64,000 nucleotides of DNA from Candidatus Hadarchaeales archaeon (GTDB lineage Archaea > Hadarchaeota > Hadarchaeia > Hadarchaeales > Hadarchaeaceae), in the NCBI GenBank assembly GCA_038872135.1, contig JAVZGN010000003.1, forward strand, positions 1 to 64,000, given 5' to 3'. Below are positions 28,790 to 37,108 of this stretch, one piece after another. Position 1 is the stretch's first letter. Every line of letters begins with the position of its first letter. Position numbers and translations under genes: made by a program. The notes beneath the pieces are model-generated. The model searched no databases, had not been told where the DNA came from, and worked only from the letters and a program-made list of their open reading frames with translations.

Positions 28790-29980
28790 TTAAATCCAGC
28801 CCCTTGCGGCCATTGTGTCTGATAGCCTCATTGCCGCCACTGAAAGAGCAGCCTTTCTCATAGAAACCCCGCGCCTTGCAGAAAACTCGAGGACTTCATC
28901 AAAAACTTCCAGAAGCGCCCCCCTGATGGTCTTGAAAGTTTCCTCCTTCTTTGTCCTTGTCCCAGATTTCCCCTTCCTCCACTCATCATAGCTTGCAACC
29001 ACTCCTCCCGCATTTGCAAGGATGTCCGGGATAACAGCCACTCCTCTCTTTTCTAGGATTTCGTCCGCCCCTTTAGTTGTCGGACCATTTGCACCCTCCA
29101 CGATGAGCTTGGCTCTTACTTCCCCGGCATTTCTCTCTGTAATAACATCCCCAACAGCGGCGGGAATCAGAATGTCAACATCCAGCTTCAGCAGCTCCTC
29201 ATTTGTTATGAGCGCCCCAAACCCCGCAACACTTCCAGTCTTCGCACAGTATTTCCTCAGCTCCTCAATTTTCAGCCCATTTCTGTCAATAACCCCCCCT
29301 CTGGCATCGCTCACGGCAACAACTTTCGCCCCTTTTTCAGAGAGAAAGGTTGCCGCCCAGGAACCAACATTTCCAAAGCCCTGAATTGCAACCGTCATCC
29401 CAGAAATTTCCTCCTTGAGAAACTCTTTTGCGGCCCTCTCGCAGACCGCTGAAACCCCATAGCCTGTGGCCTCAAGCCTCCCAGGCAGCCCCCCAATCCC
29501 GATTGGCTTCCCGGTCACAGACTCCCTGATATGAGTTTCGCCGAAGATGTCCGCCATTTCAGAAGGTCCCGTCCCGAGATCAGGCGCGGGCACATAGTTC
29601 CCCGACACAAGCTCATACCTTATCTCATGCGCAAAACCATGCATGATGATTGCTTTCGCCTCTCTCGGGAGGCTGCTGTCCGCCACTATCCCTGCTTTTG
29701 CCCCTCCAAAGGGAAGGTCCATCAGAGCATTTTTGTATGTCATAAGCTCCGCCAGCCTAATCGTCTCCTCCAGAGTAACATCTTTCGACATCCTCACCCC
29801 TCCCTTATAGGGCGGTCCCCTCGCCATGCTGTGGTAAACAAGGTATGCGTGGATAACCCTGTAGCCTGTGGGAAGATGCCGTCTCAGCCTGAAGTGGATG
29901 ATTCTGTCCGGCTCGCTCAGAAGAAAGACAGCTTTCTCAGGCAGCTCAGCGAGGCGAATAATTTCTTCGTCCAGCAGCAT
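28790..29980 (-). CDS. Glu/Leu/Phe/Val dehydrogenase (glutamate dehydrogenase-like)
   Basis: KGGVR, MTYKN, GGAKAG, PAPD, ATGYGV, QGFGNVG, EGANGP, NAGGV. Confidence 0.9.
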   Translation of the reverse strand: MLLDEEIIRLAELPEKAVFLLSEPDRIIHFRLRRHLPTGYRVIHAYLVYHSMARGPPYKGGVRMSKDVTLEETIRLAELMTYKNALMDLPFGGAKAGIVADSSLPREAKAIIMHGFAHEIRYELVSGNYVPAPDLGTGPSEMADIFGETHIRESVTGKPIGIGGLPGRLEATGYGVSAVCERAAKEFLKEEISGMTVAIQGFGNVGSWAATFLSEKGAKVVAVSDARGGVIDRNGLKIEELRKYCAKTGSVAGFGALITNEELLKLDVDILIPAAVGDVITERNAGEVRAKLIVEGANGPTTKGADEILEKRGVAVIPDILANAGGVVASYDEWRKGKSGTRTKKEETFKTIRGALLEVFDEVLEFSARRGVSMRKAALSVAAMRLSDTMAARGWI

Positions 29981-30011
29981 CCGAGAAACTTGATTTTACA
30001 GGAATATTAGC

Positions 30012-30671
30012 CTATGGGTGGAGATATCTGGTTGGGTCTGGAATTCCAGCTTTTTTGAACGCCATCTTCCTGTTGTTGCAGGACTCGCAGTGCCCGCAGT
30101 GATATTTTCCGTCCCGATAGCAACTCCAGGTAACTTCCAAGGGCACGCCAAGCTCTCTAGCAAGCTTCAGGACCTTGAACTTCGGTAGCCCGGCAAGAGG
30201 ATTTTTTACCTCTATCTTCTTCTCAGTTCCAAGCTGGATCGCTTTGGTCATGGCGGCCGCAAATTTTCGCCTGCAGTCGGGGTAGAATTTTGCATCGTCG
30301 AGCTGTGGTCCATAGAATATTGCGTCCGCCCCAATTCTCTCAGCATATGCAACGGCGATGGAAATCATTATCCCATTTCTGAAGGGGACAATCACGGCGG
30401 GAGTGAATCTTGATGGCATTGGGATGGTTTTGTCCGTTAGCGCTGTAACTCCGGGGCCGTAAAGGTCTTTCAGAAATGAGATATCTACAATTTTGTGCTC
30501 TCTAGCTCCAAGCGCTTTTGCTATTTTCCTTGCGCTCTGAATCTCTCTCGATGCCAGCTGCCCGTAGTCGAAGGTCAGACAGTGTATCTCGTAGCCCTCC
30601 CTCTTCGCAACAGCGGCAGCAGTTGCGCTATCGGGACCACCAGAGATAAGACAAACAGCCTTTTTCATCAT
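30012..30671 (-). CDS. queC: 7-cyano-7-deazaguanine synthase
   Basis: SGGPDS, FDYGQ, VPFRNG, YPDCR, TWSCY..CGHCESC. Confidence 0.94.
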   Translation of the reverse strand: MMKKAVCLISGGPDSATAAAVAKREGYEIHCLTFDYGQLASREIQSARKIAKALGAREHKIVDISFLKDLYGPGVTALTDKTIPMPSRFTPAVIVPFRNGIMISIAVAYAERIGADAIFYGPQLDDAKFYPDCRRKFAAAMTKAIQLGTEKKIEVKNPLAGLPKFKVLKLARELGVPLEVTWSCYRDGKYHCGHCESCNNRKMAFKKAGIPDPTRYLHP

Positions 30672-30731
30672 TCAGATTTGGTAACCACTGTTTAAAGTTT
30701 TTAACTTCCCAAACCCTGTTTACTCGAGAAG

Positions 30732-31556
30732 ATGGAAAAGTACGCTGACCTCCACGTCCACACGAGCTTTTCAGACAGCATATACTCTCCAGAGGAGGTT
30801 CTCAGGAAAGCAAAGGAGGCCGGGCTGAGCGCTGTTGGAATCTGCGATCATGATTCTGTGAAAGGGATTGAGGAGGCGGTGAAGCTCGAGGAGAAATATG
30901 GGGTGGAAGTCATCCCCGGGATTGAGATGAGCACAGAGCTCCACAACCAAGAAATTCACATCCTCGGCTACTTCTTCAACTGGAGGGATCCCGGTTTCAA
31001 AGCCCTGCTGAAGACAATCCAGGAGGTGAGACTCTGGAGGGCGGAGCTGATAGTTACAAAGCTTCAGGGGCTCGGCTTCAACTTAGAGTTTGATGAGGTG
31101 AGGAAGGAGGCAAGTAGCGAATCCATTGGAAGGCCCCACATAGCAAGGCTGATGGTAAAGAAGAAGTATGTGGAAACCGCCGATGAAGCTTTTGAGAAAT
31201 ATCTGCGCGCTGGGGCCCCCGCCTATGTTGGAAAGTATGAGATGCTGCCAGAGGACGCCGTCAGAAAAATAAGGGAGATGCAAGGGATCCCAGTCCTGGC
31301 CCATCCGAAGTTCTCCGTGATGCCAGAGGATGAGTTTGAGCGGCTGGTGAGGCTGGGGCTGATGGGCGTGGAAGTTTATCACTCAAGGCACTCTCCCGAG
31401 GAGTCTGAGCAGTACCTGAAATTGGCGAGGAAGTATGGTCTTCTGGTCACCGGAGGGAGCGACAGCCATGGAGAGGAAGATCCAATAGGGTGCGTGAGGG
31501 TTCCCTACTCGCATGTAGCCGAGCTCAAAAAGGCTAAACTGAGTCTCCTGGGTTGA
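30732..31556 (+). CDS. PHP-domain protein (TrpH/YciV-like)
   Basis: DLHVHTSFSD, CDHD, HILGY, GRPHIA, AHP, GGSDSHG. Confidence 0.9.
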   Translation: MEKYADLHVHTSFSDSIYSPEEVLRKAKEAGLSAVGICDHDSVKGIEEAVKLEEKYGVEVIPGIEMSTELHNQEIHILGYFFNWRDPGFKALLKTIQEVRLWRAELIVTKLQGLGFNLEFDEVRKEASSESIGRPHIARLMVKKKYVETADEAFEKYLRAGAPAYVGKYEMLPEDAVRKIREMQGIPVLAHPKFSVMPEDEFERLVRLGLMGVEVYHSRHSPEESEQYLKLARKYGLLVTGGSDSHGEEDPIGCVRVPYSHVAELKKAKLSLLG

Positions 31557-31561
31557 TGTAA

Positions 31562-32251
31562 ATGAAAAGGCTAAAAGTTAAGGCTGTGATTTCTGATCTC
31601 GACTGCACCCTCGTGTATACTCTCAAAAGATTTTTTGATGTTTTCAACGATGGGCTGGTAAAGCGCGGGATGAAGCCACTTCCACTGGAATTATTTTTCA
31701 AGCACTTTGTGGACGATACGCTGGACAACATCATAGCCCCTCCCTCTGAGCCGGGGAGAGAGGAGAAGCTTCACGAGTTCTGGATGGAGTTCCTCTGGAA
31801 ATACAGGGAAGAGGACCCAGGAGCTGTGGTGATTCCCGGGGTTCTGGAAGCCCTTGAAGAAATCAATAGAGCAGGAATTCCAATTGCCGTGATGACGAGC
31901 TGTATAGTCCCGGTGGGGCGGCTAAAGAGGGAGCTGGAGCGCCTCGGAATTGGGAAATATGTGAAGGCCACGGCTACCGCCCACGATGTCCTGGAGAGAC
32001 TTGAGAAAGGGAACCACTTCTGTAAGGTTGACATCATAAGGCTGGCGGCCGAGAGGCTAGGCATCCAGCCAAAAGATTGCGTGGTTGTGGGAGATTACTG
32101 GAATGACATCAGAGATGGAAAAAAAGCCGGGTGCAAAACAGTAGCCGTTCTTACAGGACTCATGAGGAAAAAGCTCCTTCAGAAGTATGGTCCAGATGCA
32201 GTTATTGAAGGCTTTGCCGACCTTCCAGGGCTCCTGGGGTTAAGAAGATGA
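31562..32251 (+). CDS. HAD-superfamily hydrolase
   Basis: SDLDCTL, K motif, VVGDYWND. Confidence 0.88.
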   Translation: MKRLKVKAVISDLDCTLVYTLKRFFDVFNDGLVKRGMKPLPLELFFKHFVDDTLDNIIAPPSEPGREEKLHEFWMEFLWKYREEDPGAVVIPGVLEALEEINRAGIPIAVMTSCIVPVGRLKRELERLGIGKYVKATATAHDVLERLEKGNHFCKVDIIRLAAERLGIQPKDCVVVGDYWNDIRDGKKAGCKTVAVLTGLMRKKLLQKYGPDAVIEGFADLPGLLGLRR

Positions 32252-32589
32252 GAACGATCAACGGGACAACATTTGGTAGCATAACTGTGGACGGCAGAAC
32301 ATATAACCACGATGTGTGGCTTTTTGTCACCGGAGAGTTGAGGAAACGCGACAGAAATCATGAATTCACCATCGATGAATTTGTGATGCTTCTCGAAGGC
32401 GGGCCTGAGGTAGTCGTTGTCGGAACAGGGCAGGCCGGATGCGTTAGGGTGGAGGACGAAGTAAGGGAGGAGGCCAAGAGAAGAAAAGTAGAACTCTTAT
32501 GCTTAGAAACGCCAGAGGCCCTTAAAGTTTACAACAGGGTAGCGGTAGCGAAGAGAAAGGTTGCGGGAGCATTCCACGTGACCTGCTGA
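32248..32589 (+). CDS. Mth938-like domain protein
   Basis: FGSITVDG..VVVGTGQ..TPEA..YN..FHVTC. Confidence 0.9.
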   Translation: MRTINGTTFGSITVDGRTYNHDVWLFVTGELRKRDRNHEFTIDEFVMLLEGGPEVVVVGTGQAGCVRVEDEVREEAKRRKVELLCLETPEALKVYNRVAVAKRKVAGAFHVTC

Positions 32590-32597
32590 GGTGAAGG

Positions 32598-33164
32598 ATG
32601 GTAAGAGCATTTGTGGCGGTAAAAATCAGCGATGAGGTAAGGCGGAAGCTGGTGGAGGTCCAGGGGGCGCTGGCAAAGGCGGGGGCGGAGCAGAAGCTGG
32701 TAGAACCGGAAAATCTACATCTCACGCTGAAATTTCTCGGGGAGGTGCAGCAGGAAAAAATTAGGAGGATTGCAGAGAAGGTGAGCGAGGCTGTGGCTGG
32801 GACGGAACCCTTTGACATTCACGTGGCTGGGATAGGAGCTTTTCCCAGCATCGGCTATGCGAGGGTCGTCTGGGCCGGGATGGCTGAGGGAAGCGAAAAG
32901 GTGGCGGAGGTACAGAAGAAGATAGATTCCGCTCTCACCTCCGTTGGGTTTTCGCCAGAAAGGGATTTTCACCCCCACATCACCCTCTCCCGCGTAAAGT
33001 TCGTGAGAGAAAAGGCGAAGTTTGTCGAATTTTTGAAGGAAATGGCAAAAGCTGATTTTGGGGTTACCAGAGTCGACTCGGTGAGTTTGGAGCAGAGCAC
33101 ATTGACTTCAAAGGGACCCATTTATTCAACCCTTGCCAAAGTTGAGTTACAGAGCTTGCGATGA
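32598..33164 (+). CDS. thpR: RNA 2',3'-cyclic phosphodiesterase / 2'-5' RNA ligase
   Basis: Two HxT motifs (HLTLKFLG, HPHITL); GPIY. Confidence 0.93.
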   Translation: MVRAFVAVKISDEVRRKLVEVQGALAKAGAEQKLVEPENLHLTLKFLGEVQQEKIRRIAEKVSEAVAGTEPFDIHVAGIGAFPSIGYARVVWAGMAEGSEKVAEVQKKIDSALTSVGFSPERDFHPHITLSRVKFVREKAKFVEFLKEMAKADFGVTRVDSVSLEQSTLTSKGPIYSTLAKVELQSLR

Positions 33165-33205
33165 TCTTATCGAAGAAATTTTGACATGTTCAAATTTTGA
33201 GAAAA

Positions 33206-33364
33206 TGGCGCCGGGGGGAGGACTCGAACCTCCGACCGCTCGGTTGCTGCATCCGGAATGGTCAGCCTTCAGAGATGGAGGCTCGCTCTTCATCCGCTCC
33301 CGGTTTTAACAGCCGAGCACTCTACCTACTGAGCTGTCGGGCCACCCAAAGGTGGAACCCCGGC
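33206..33364 (-). tRNA. tRNA-Asn(GTT) with two introns (8/9: 33336-33356; 37/38: 33245-33306)
   Basis: Removing the 21-nt and 62-nt segments gives an exact 76-nt cloverleaf GCCGGGG TA GCTC..CTCGG CT GTT AA CCGAG..GGAGG TTCGAGT CCTCC CCCCGGC G CCA; both junctions form BHB motifs. Confidence 0.88.
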
Positions 33365-33404
33365 ATCCCGGCACCAATTGTTTCTCAATCAAACTTCTAT
33401 AAAC

Positions 33405-34166
33405 CTATTTCCGAGCCAGCCGCTTTAGCCCTCTAGCCATCAAGGAGAAGGAGCTCCTGAGGTTTTCCCTGTTGGAAAAATTTTTCACGATTCTTTTCAG
33501 GACCCCTTTTGGAAGTTTTCTGAGTTTCTCAGCCTCCTTGACCATCAGAGGCATCGCCCTCACAATGTTATCAACAATGGTTATGTCGGCCGCCCTGGAC
33601 GTCCTTGACATCGGGTTTAGATCAACTGCGATCACACTCTTTCCAAGCCTCTTCAGCGCCTCCGTCCTGTCCCCATCCTCTAGAGGCACAAGAACAACAT
33701 CGGCCGCAAGAATCCCTCTCCTGTCGACTTTCCTCCTGTGGCTCTGGATTTCGGGGATTCTGGCGGAAAACTTATGGTCAGCCCCAAGCACATCTCCCGC
33801 TCCATGCCTTTTCAACCAGCCAACGATTTTCTTCTCCCTCTCAGCAGAGCCATGGAAGAGGTTGACCTCAAGGGGTGCCCCAGTGATTTTTGAAAGTTTA
33901 ACGAGTTCTCTTGGGACGAGAGCCGCAGCATTACCGTTAACGGAGATCACCGGCCGTCTGGCGAGAAGGAGCTGTGCAACCGCTGCTTTCACCGCTTTCC
34001 TGGCAAGGGGAGTTGTTTTTTCCCCCAAAAGATAGTCGAATGCTTCACCTCTCCCGTGGGCGGCGAGCCCTTCTGGCACAACCAGCCCCCTCCTGAACCC
34101 CTCTGCAAGCCTTTCCCTTATCCTCAGAGATTCTGCCCTTGGATGGTCGGGAGAAACCCAGCTCAT
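33405..34166 (-). CDS. 4-phosphopantoate-beta-alanine ligase (archaeal phosphopantothenate synthetase)
   Basis: HPRAESL, AHGRGEAFDYLLGE, ISVNGN, VPLEDGDR, DLNPMSRT. Confidence 0.93.
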   Translation of the reverse strand: MSWVSPDHPRAESLRIRERLAEGFRRGLVVPEGLAAHGRGEAFDYLLGEKTTPLARKAVKAAVAQLLLARRPVISVNGNAAALVPRELVKLSKITGAPLEVNLFHGSAEREKKIVGWLKRHGAGDVLGADHKFSARIPEIQSHRRKVDRRGILAADVVLVPLEDGDRTEALKRLGKSVIAVDLNPMSRTSRAADITIVDNIVRAMPLMVKEAEKLRKLPKGVLKRIVKNFSNRENLRSSFSLMARGLKRLARK

Positions 34167-34224
34167 CGAAGAACCCATTGGCAGCCACCCAAAAAGCTTT
34201 TTGAATACTCCGAGTGACTAAGAG

Positions 34225-34890
34225 ATGGATGGGATGAAGGAATTGGTGCTCCCGGGGATTGCGCTGGTGATAGCAATTGTGGCGGTTGGGCTGGCGATTG
34301 CGATGGGTCCTTTGGGTATCGCTCTGGCCTTGGCGACATTGGGGGTTGCAACTGCTGTAGTCTACCAGTACACCTCAGTCCCCCCTCCAAGGAAGGAAGA
34401 GATAATCCTCGAGGATTTCTCATGGTGGGCCGACATCGGAGAGCCAGGAGCATCTCTGAGAGCCCTAGACCCGCCAGACCCATACATAGCATCCCAGATA
34501 GTTTCCTCAGATATGGGGATTCTGGCGAAAAACTCAGATCTTCTCTCGAAGAGGCTCTCGCTTCTTGAGGACAGAATTGAGTTTCAGGGCCTTTATGCGG
34601 GAGTCCTCTCCAAAGATGTAGAAAATGTGACAAACGCTCTCTCTGGGATGATTGCAACCCTCGCAAAGACAAGAGCCATTCCAGCAGACATGACAAAAAA
34701 GATGGATGAACAGGCCGCCATCCTCGACAGGATCGCCAACAAGCTTTTTGAGTTTGAGAAGGGGAAGTCTGAGGTTGTGAAGATTTACATCGATCCCCTG
34801 AGGAGGGCCGCGGAAAAACTTTCTAGCGACCTGAGGAGCGGCGCCGCGAATATCCTGAAGTTTGAAAAGCGATCGGCTCCACCGGGGTAA
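34225..34890 (+). CDS. Hypothetical membrane-anchored helical protein
   Basis: Two N-terminal TM helices, then an amphipathic helical region; stop lies 2 nt before the EF-1alpha ATG. Confidence 0.7.
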   Translation: MDGMKELVLPGIALVIAIVAVGLAIAMGPLGIALALATLGVATAVVYQYTSVPPPRKEEIILEDFSWWADIGEPGASLRALDPPDPYIASQIVSSDMGILAKNSDLLSKRLSLLEDRIEFQGLYAGVLSKDVENVTNALSGMIATLAKTRAIPADMTKKMDEQAAILDRIANKLFEFEKGKSEVVKIYIDPLRRAAEKLSSDLRSGAANILKFEKRSAPPG

Positions 34891-34892
34891 AC

Positions 34893-36155
34893 ATGGAAAA
34901 ACCCCACATCAACCTAGTTTTCATCGGGCATGTGGATCACGGGAAGTCGACGCTCGTTGGCAGGCTACTTGTTGACATGGGAGTTGTGAAAGAGGAGGAT
35001 GTGAAAAAGTTCGAGGCGATGGGTGACAAGGGGAAGTCCTTCAAGTTTGCGTGGGTGATGGACAGGGAGAAGGAGGAGAGGGAAAGAGGATTGACAATAG
35101 ACATCGCCTACCAGAAGCTTGAAACCTCGAAAAATTTCATCACAATCATAGATGCTCCAGGCCACAGGGATTTCGTCAAGAACATGATCACCGGGGCAAG
35201 CCAAGCCGATGCCGCAGTCTTGGTTGTTGCGGCCGACGACGGGATAATGCCGCAGACTAGGGAGCATGCGGCCCTCGCTTTCACCCTCGGGGTAAACCAG
35301 TTGATCGTGGCGATAAACAAGATGGACCTGGTTGGTTTTGCGCAGAATGTGTATGAAAAGATAAGGGGAGAGACCCTCACGCTTCTCTCCAGCATAGGGT
35401 ATAAAAATGCTGAGGAGTTTCCGATCGTTCCTATTTCGGCCTTTCATGGGGATGGTGTTACCACACCAAGCAGAAATCTCACCTGGTATAAAGGGCCAAC
35501 TCTTCTTCAGGCACTTGAAACTCTCGTTGAGCCCGAGAAGCCAATTGATAAACCCCTAAGAATCCCCATCCAAGATGTCTATTCGATAACCGGAGTTGGA
35601 ACGGTGCCCATCGGGAGAGTTGAGACTGGGGTTTTGAAGGTTGGAGATACAGTAGTTTTTGAGCCGGCCGGCGTGCGGGGGGATGTGAGGTCCATAGAAA
35701 TGCACCACCAGCCGATTCAAAAGGCCGTGCCCGGGGACAACATAGGGTTCAATGTGAGGGGTGTTTCAAGAGAGCAGATTTCTAGAGGGGATGTTGCAGG
35801 ACATCCTGAGAATCCCCCCAGGGTCGCAAGAGAATTTACTGCTAAGGTTGTAATCCTCTCCGCCCCGACGGAGATTTCCCCGGGATTTACACCCCAGTTT
35901 CACTGTCATGCCGCCAACCGCCCTGGAACAATAACACAAATCCTTCAGAAAATCGACCCTAGAACCGGAGCAGTTGTGGAGGAAAATCCAAAAAGCCTTA
36001 GAAAGGGAGATGCTGGAGTTATCAAGGTGATGCTGGCAAAGCCCATGGTGATAGAGAAGGCCAGTGAGCTCTCAGAGCTAAGCAGATTTGCGGTGAGGCA
36101 TGGTGGGCAGACGATAGCCGCCGGCCTTTGCGTCGATCTTGTACCGGCAAAGTGA
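34893..36155 (+). CDS. tuf: Elongation factor 1-alpha (possibly a divergent paralogue)
   Basis: GHVDHGKST, ERERGLTID, DAPGHRDFVKNMITG, NKMD, PIQDVY; domain III atypical. Confidence 0.88.
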   Translation: MEKPHINLVFIGHVDHGKSTLVGRLLVDMGVVKEEDVKKFEAMGDKGKSFKFAWVMDREKEERERGLTIDIAYQKLETSKNFITIIDAPGHRDFVKNMITGASQADAAVLVVAADDGIMPQTREHAALAFTLGVNQLIVAINKMDLVGFAQNVYEKIRGETLTLLSSIGYKNAEEFPIVPISAFHGDGVTTPSRNLTWYKGPTLLQALETLVEPEKPIDKPLRIPIQDVYSITGVGTVPIGRVETGVLKVGDTVVFEPAGVRGDVRSIEMHHQPIQKAVPGDNIGFNVRGVSREQISRGDVAGHPENPPRVAREFTAKVVILSAPTEISPGFTPQFHCHAANRPGTITQILQKIDPRTGAVVEENPKSLRKGDAGVIKVMLAKPMVIEKASELSELSRFAVRHGGQTIAAGLCVDLVPAK

Positions 36156-36267
36156 AAATTCAAAGCGAACATCTCATGAAAGGACAAATTTCACGGTTTC
36201 AGAAACCCAACAGCATCTCCTAAATATTTATACACTTCAACCCCTCACTTTCTGTGGAGGTAATTAA

Positions 36268-37092
36268 ATGGTAGACAAACTTCTGGAGCTGTTTGACACA
36301 AAGAAAGTGAAAATCTATGACCTTTCGCAGCCGCTCGGAATCCACACCCCATTCTGGCCCTACTACCCGCCATTTGAGATGAAGTACTTCAAGAGGAAAC
36401 CAGAGCATGGGGTGAACGCCCAGTACATCCAGACATCCCTCCACATAGGCACCCACTTGGACGGCCCGAGACACTTCTTGACGAGAGGGAAGACCATCGA
36501 CCAGGTACCGATCGAGTGGGCGTGCGGTCCAGGGGTAATCGTAGACCTCACAGACGAGATGGATGACCTCGCCATCTACACCCCAGAGATGATTGAAAAG
36601 CGCGTGGATGTTAAGGATGGAGATATCCTCATTCTCCACACTGGCTGGCACAAGTATGGCTACGGTGGTTCGGAACCTGACGAGGAGCGCTACATTCACT
36701 ACCACCCGGGAGCTGACAGAAGGATGGTTGATTGGCTGATAAAGAAGAAGATCAAAATCTGGGGAGTAGATGCAGTTTCCACCGACCACCCAATGAACCT
36801 TCCAATTGGCCGCTTTTTGGGCAAGGGGACCTTCGGCCACTGTGAGAGGGTGAGAGCACTTGCTGAGAAAAAGTTTGGCAAGGAAAATGTGGACAAGCTG
36901 TTCCCGCCAGAGGACTACCAGCTCACCCACAATGCACTCTTCCCGAAGGACTGCATCCACCTCGAGAACCTTGGAGGGCAGATCTCAGCCCCAGAACTCC
37001 AGAACCGCAGATGCGTGATCAGCTGCCTGCCGGTGAAGTTTGAGGGTGGGGAGTCTGCCTGGGCGAGAGTAGTTGCAATGATCTCAAAGTGA
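36268..37092 (+). CDS. Cyclase family metal hydrolase (kynurenine formamidase-like)
   Basis: HIGTHLDGPRH, ILHTGW, GVDAVSTD, ENL. Confidence 0.88.
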   Translation: MVDKLLELFDTKKVKIYDLSQPLGIHTPFWPYYPPFEMKYFKRKPEHGVNAQYIQTSLHIGTHLDGPRHFLTRGKTIDQVPIEWACGPGVIVDLTDEMDDLAIYTPEMIEKRVDVKDGDILILHTGWHKYGYGGSEPDEERYIHYHPGADRRMVDWLIKKKIKIWGVDAVSTDHPMNLPIGRFLGKGTFGHCERVRALAEKKFGKENVDKLFPPEDYQLTHNALFPKDCIHLENLGGQISAPELQNRRCVISCLPVKFEGGESAWARVVAMISK

Positions 37093-37108
37093 TTGCTCAA
37101 AGCAAAAT

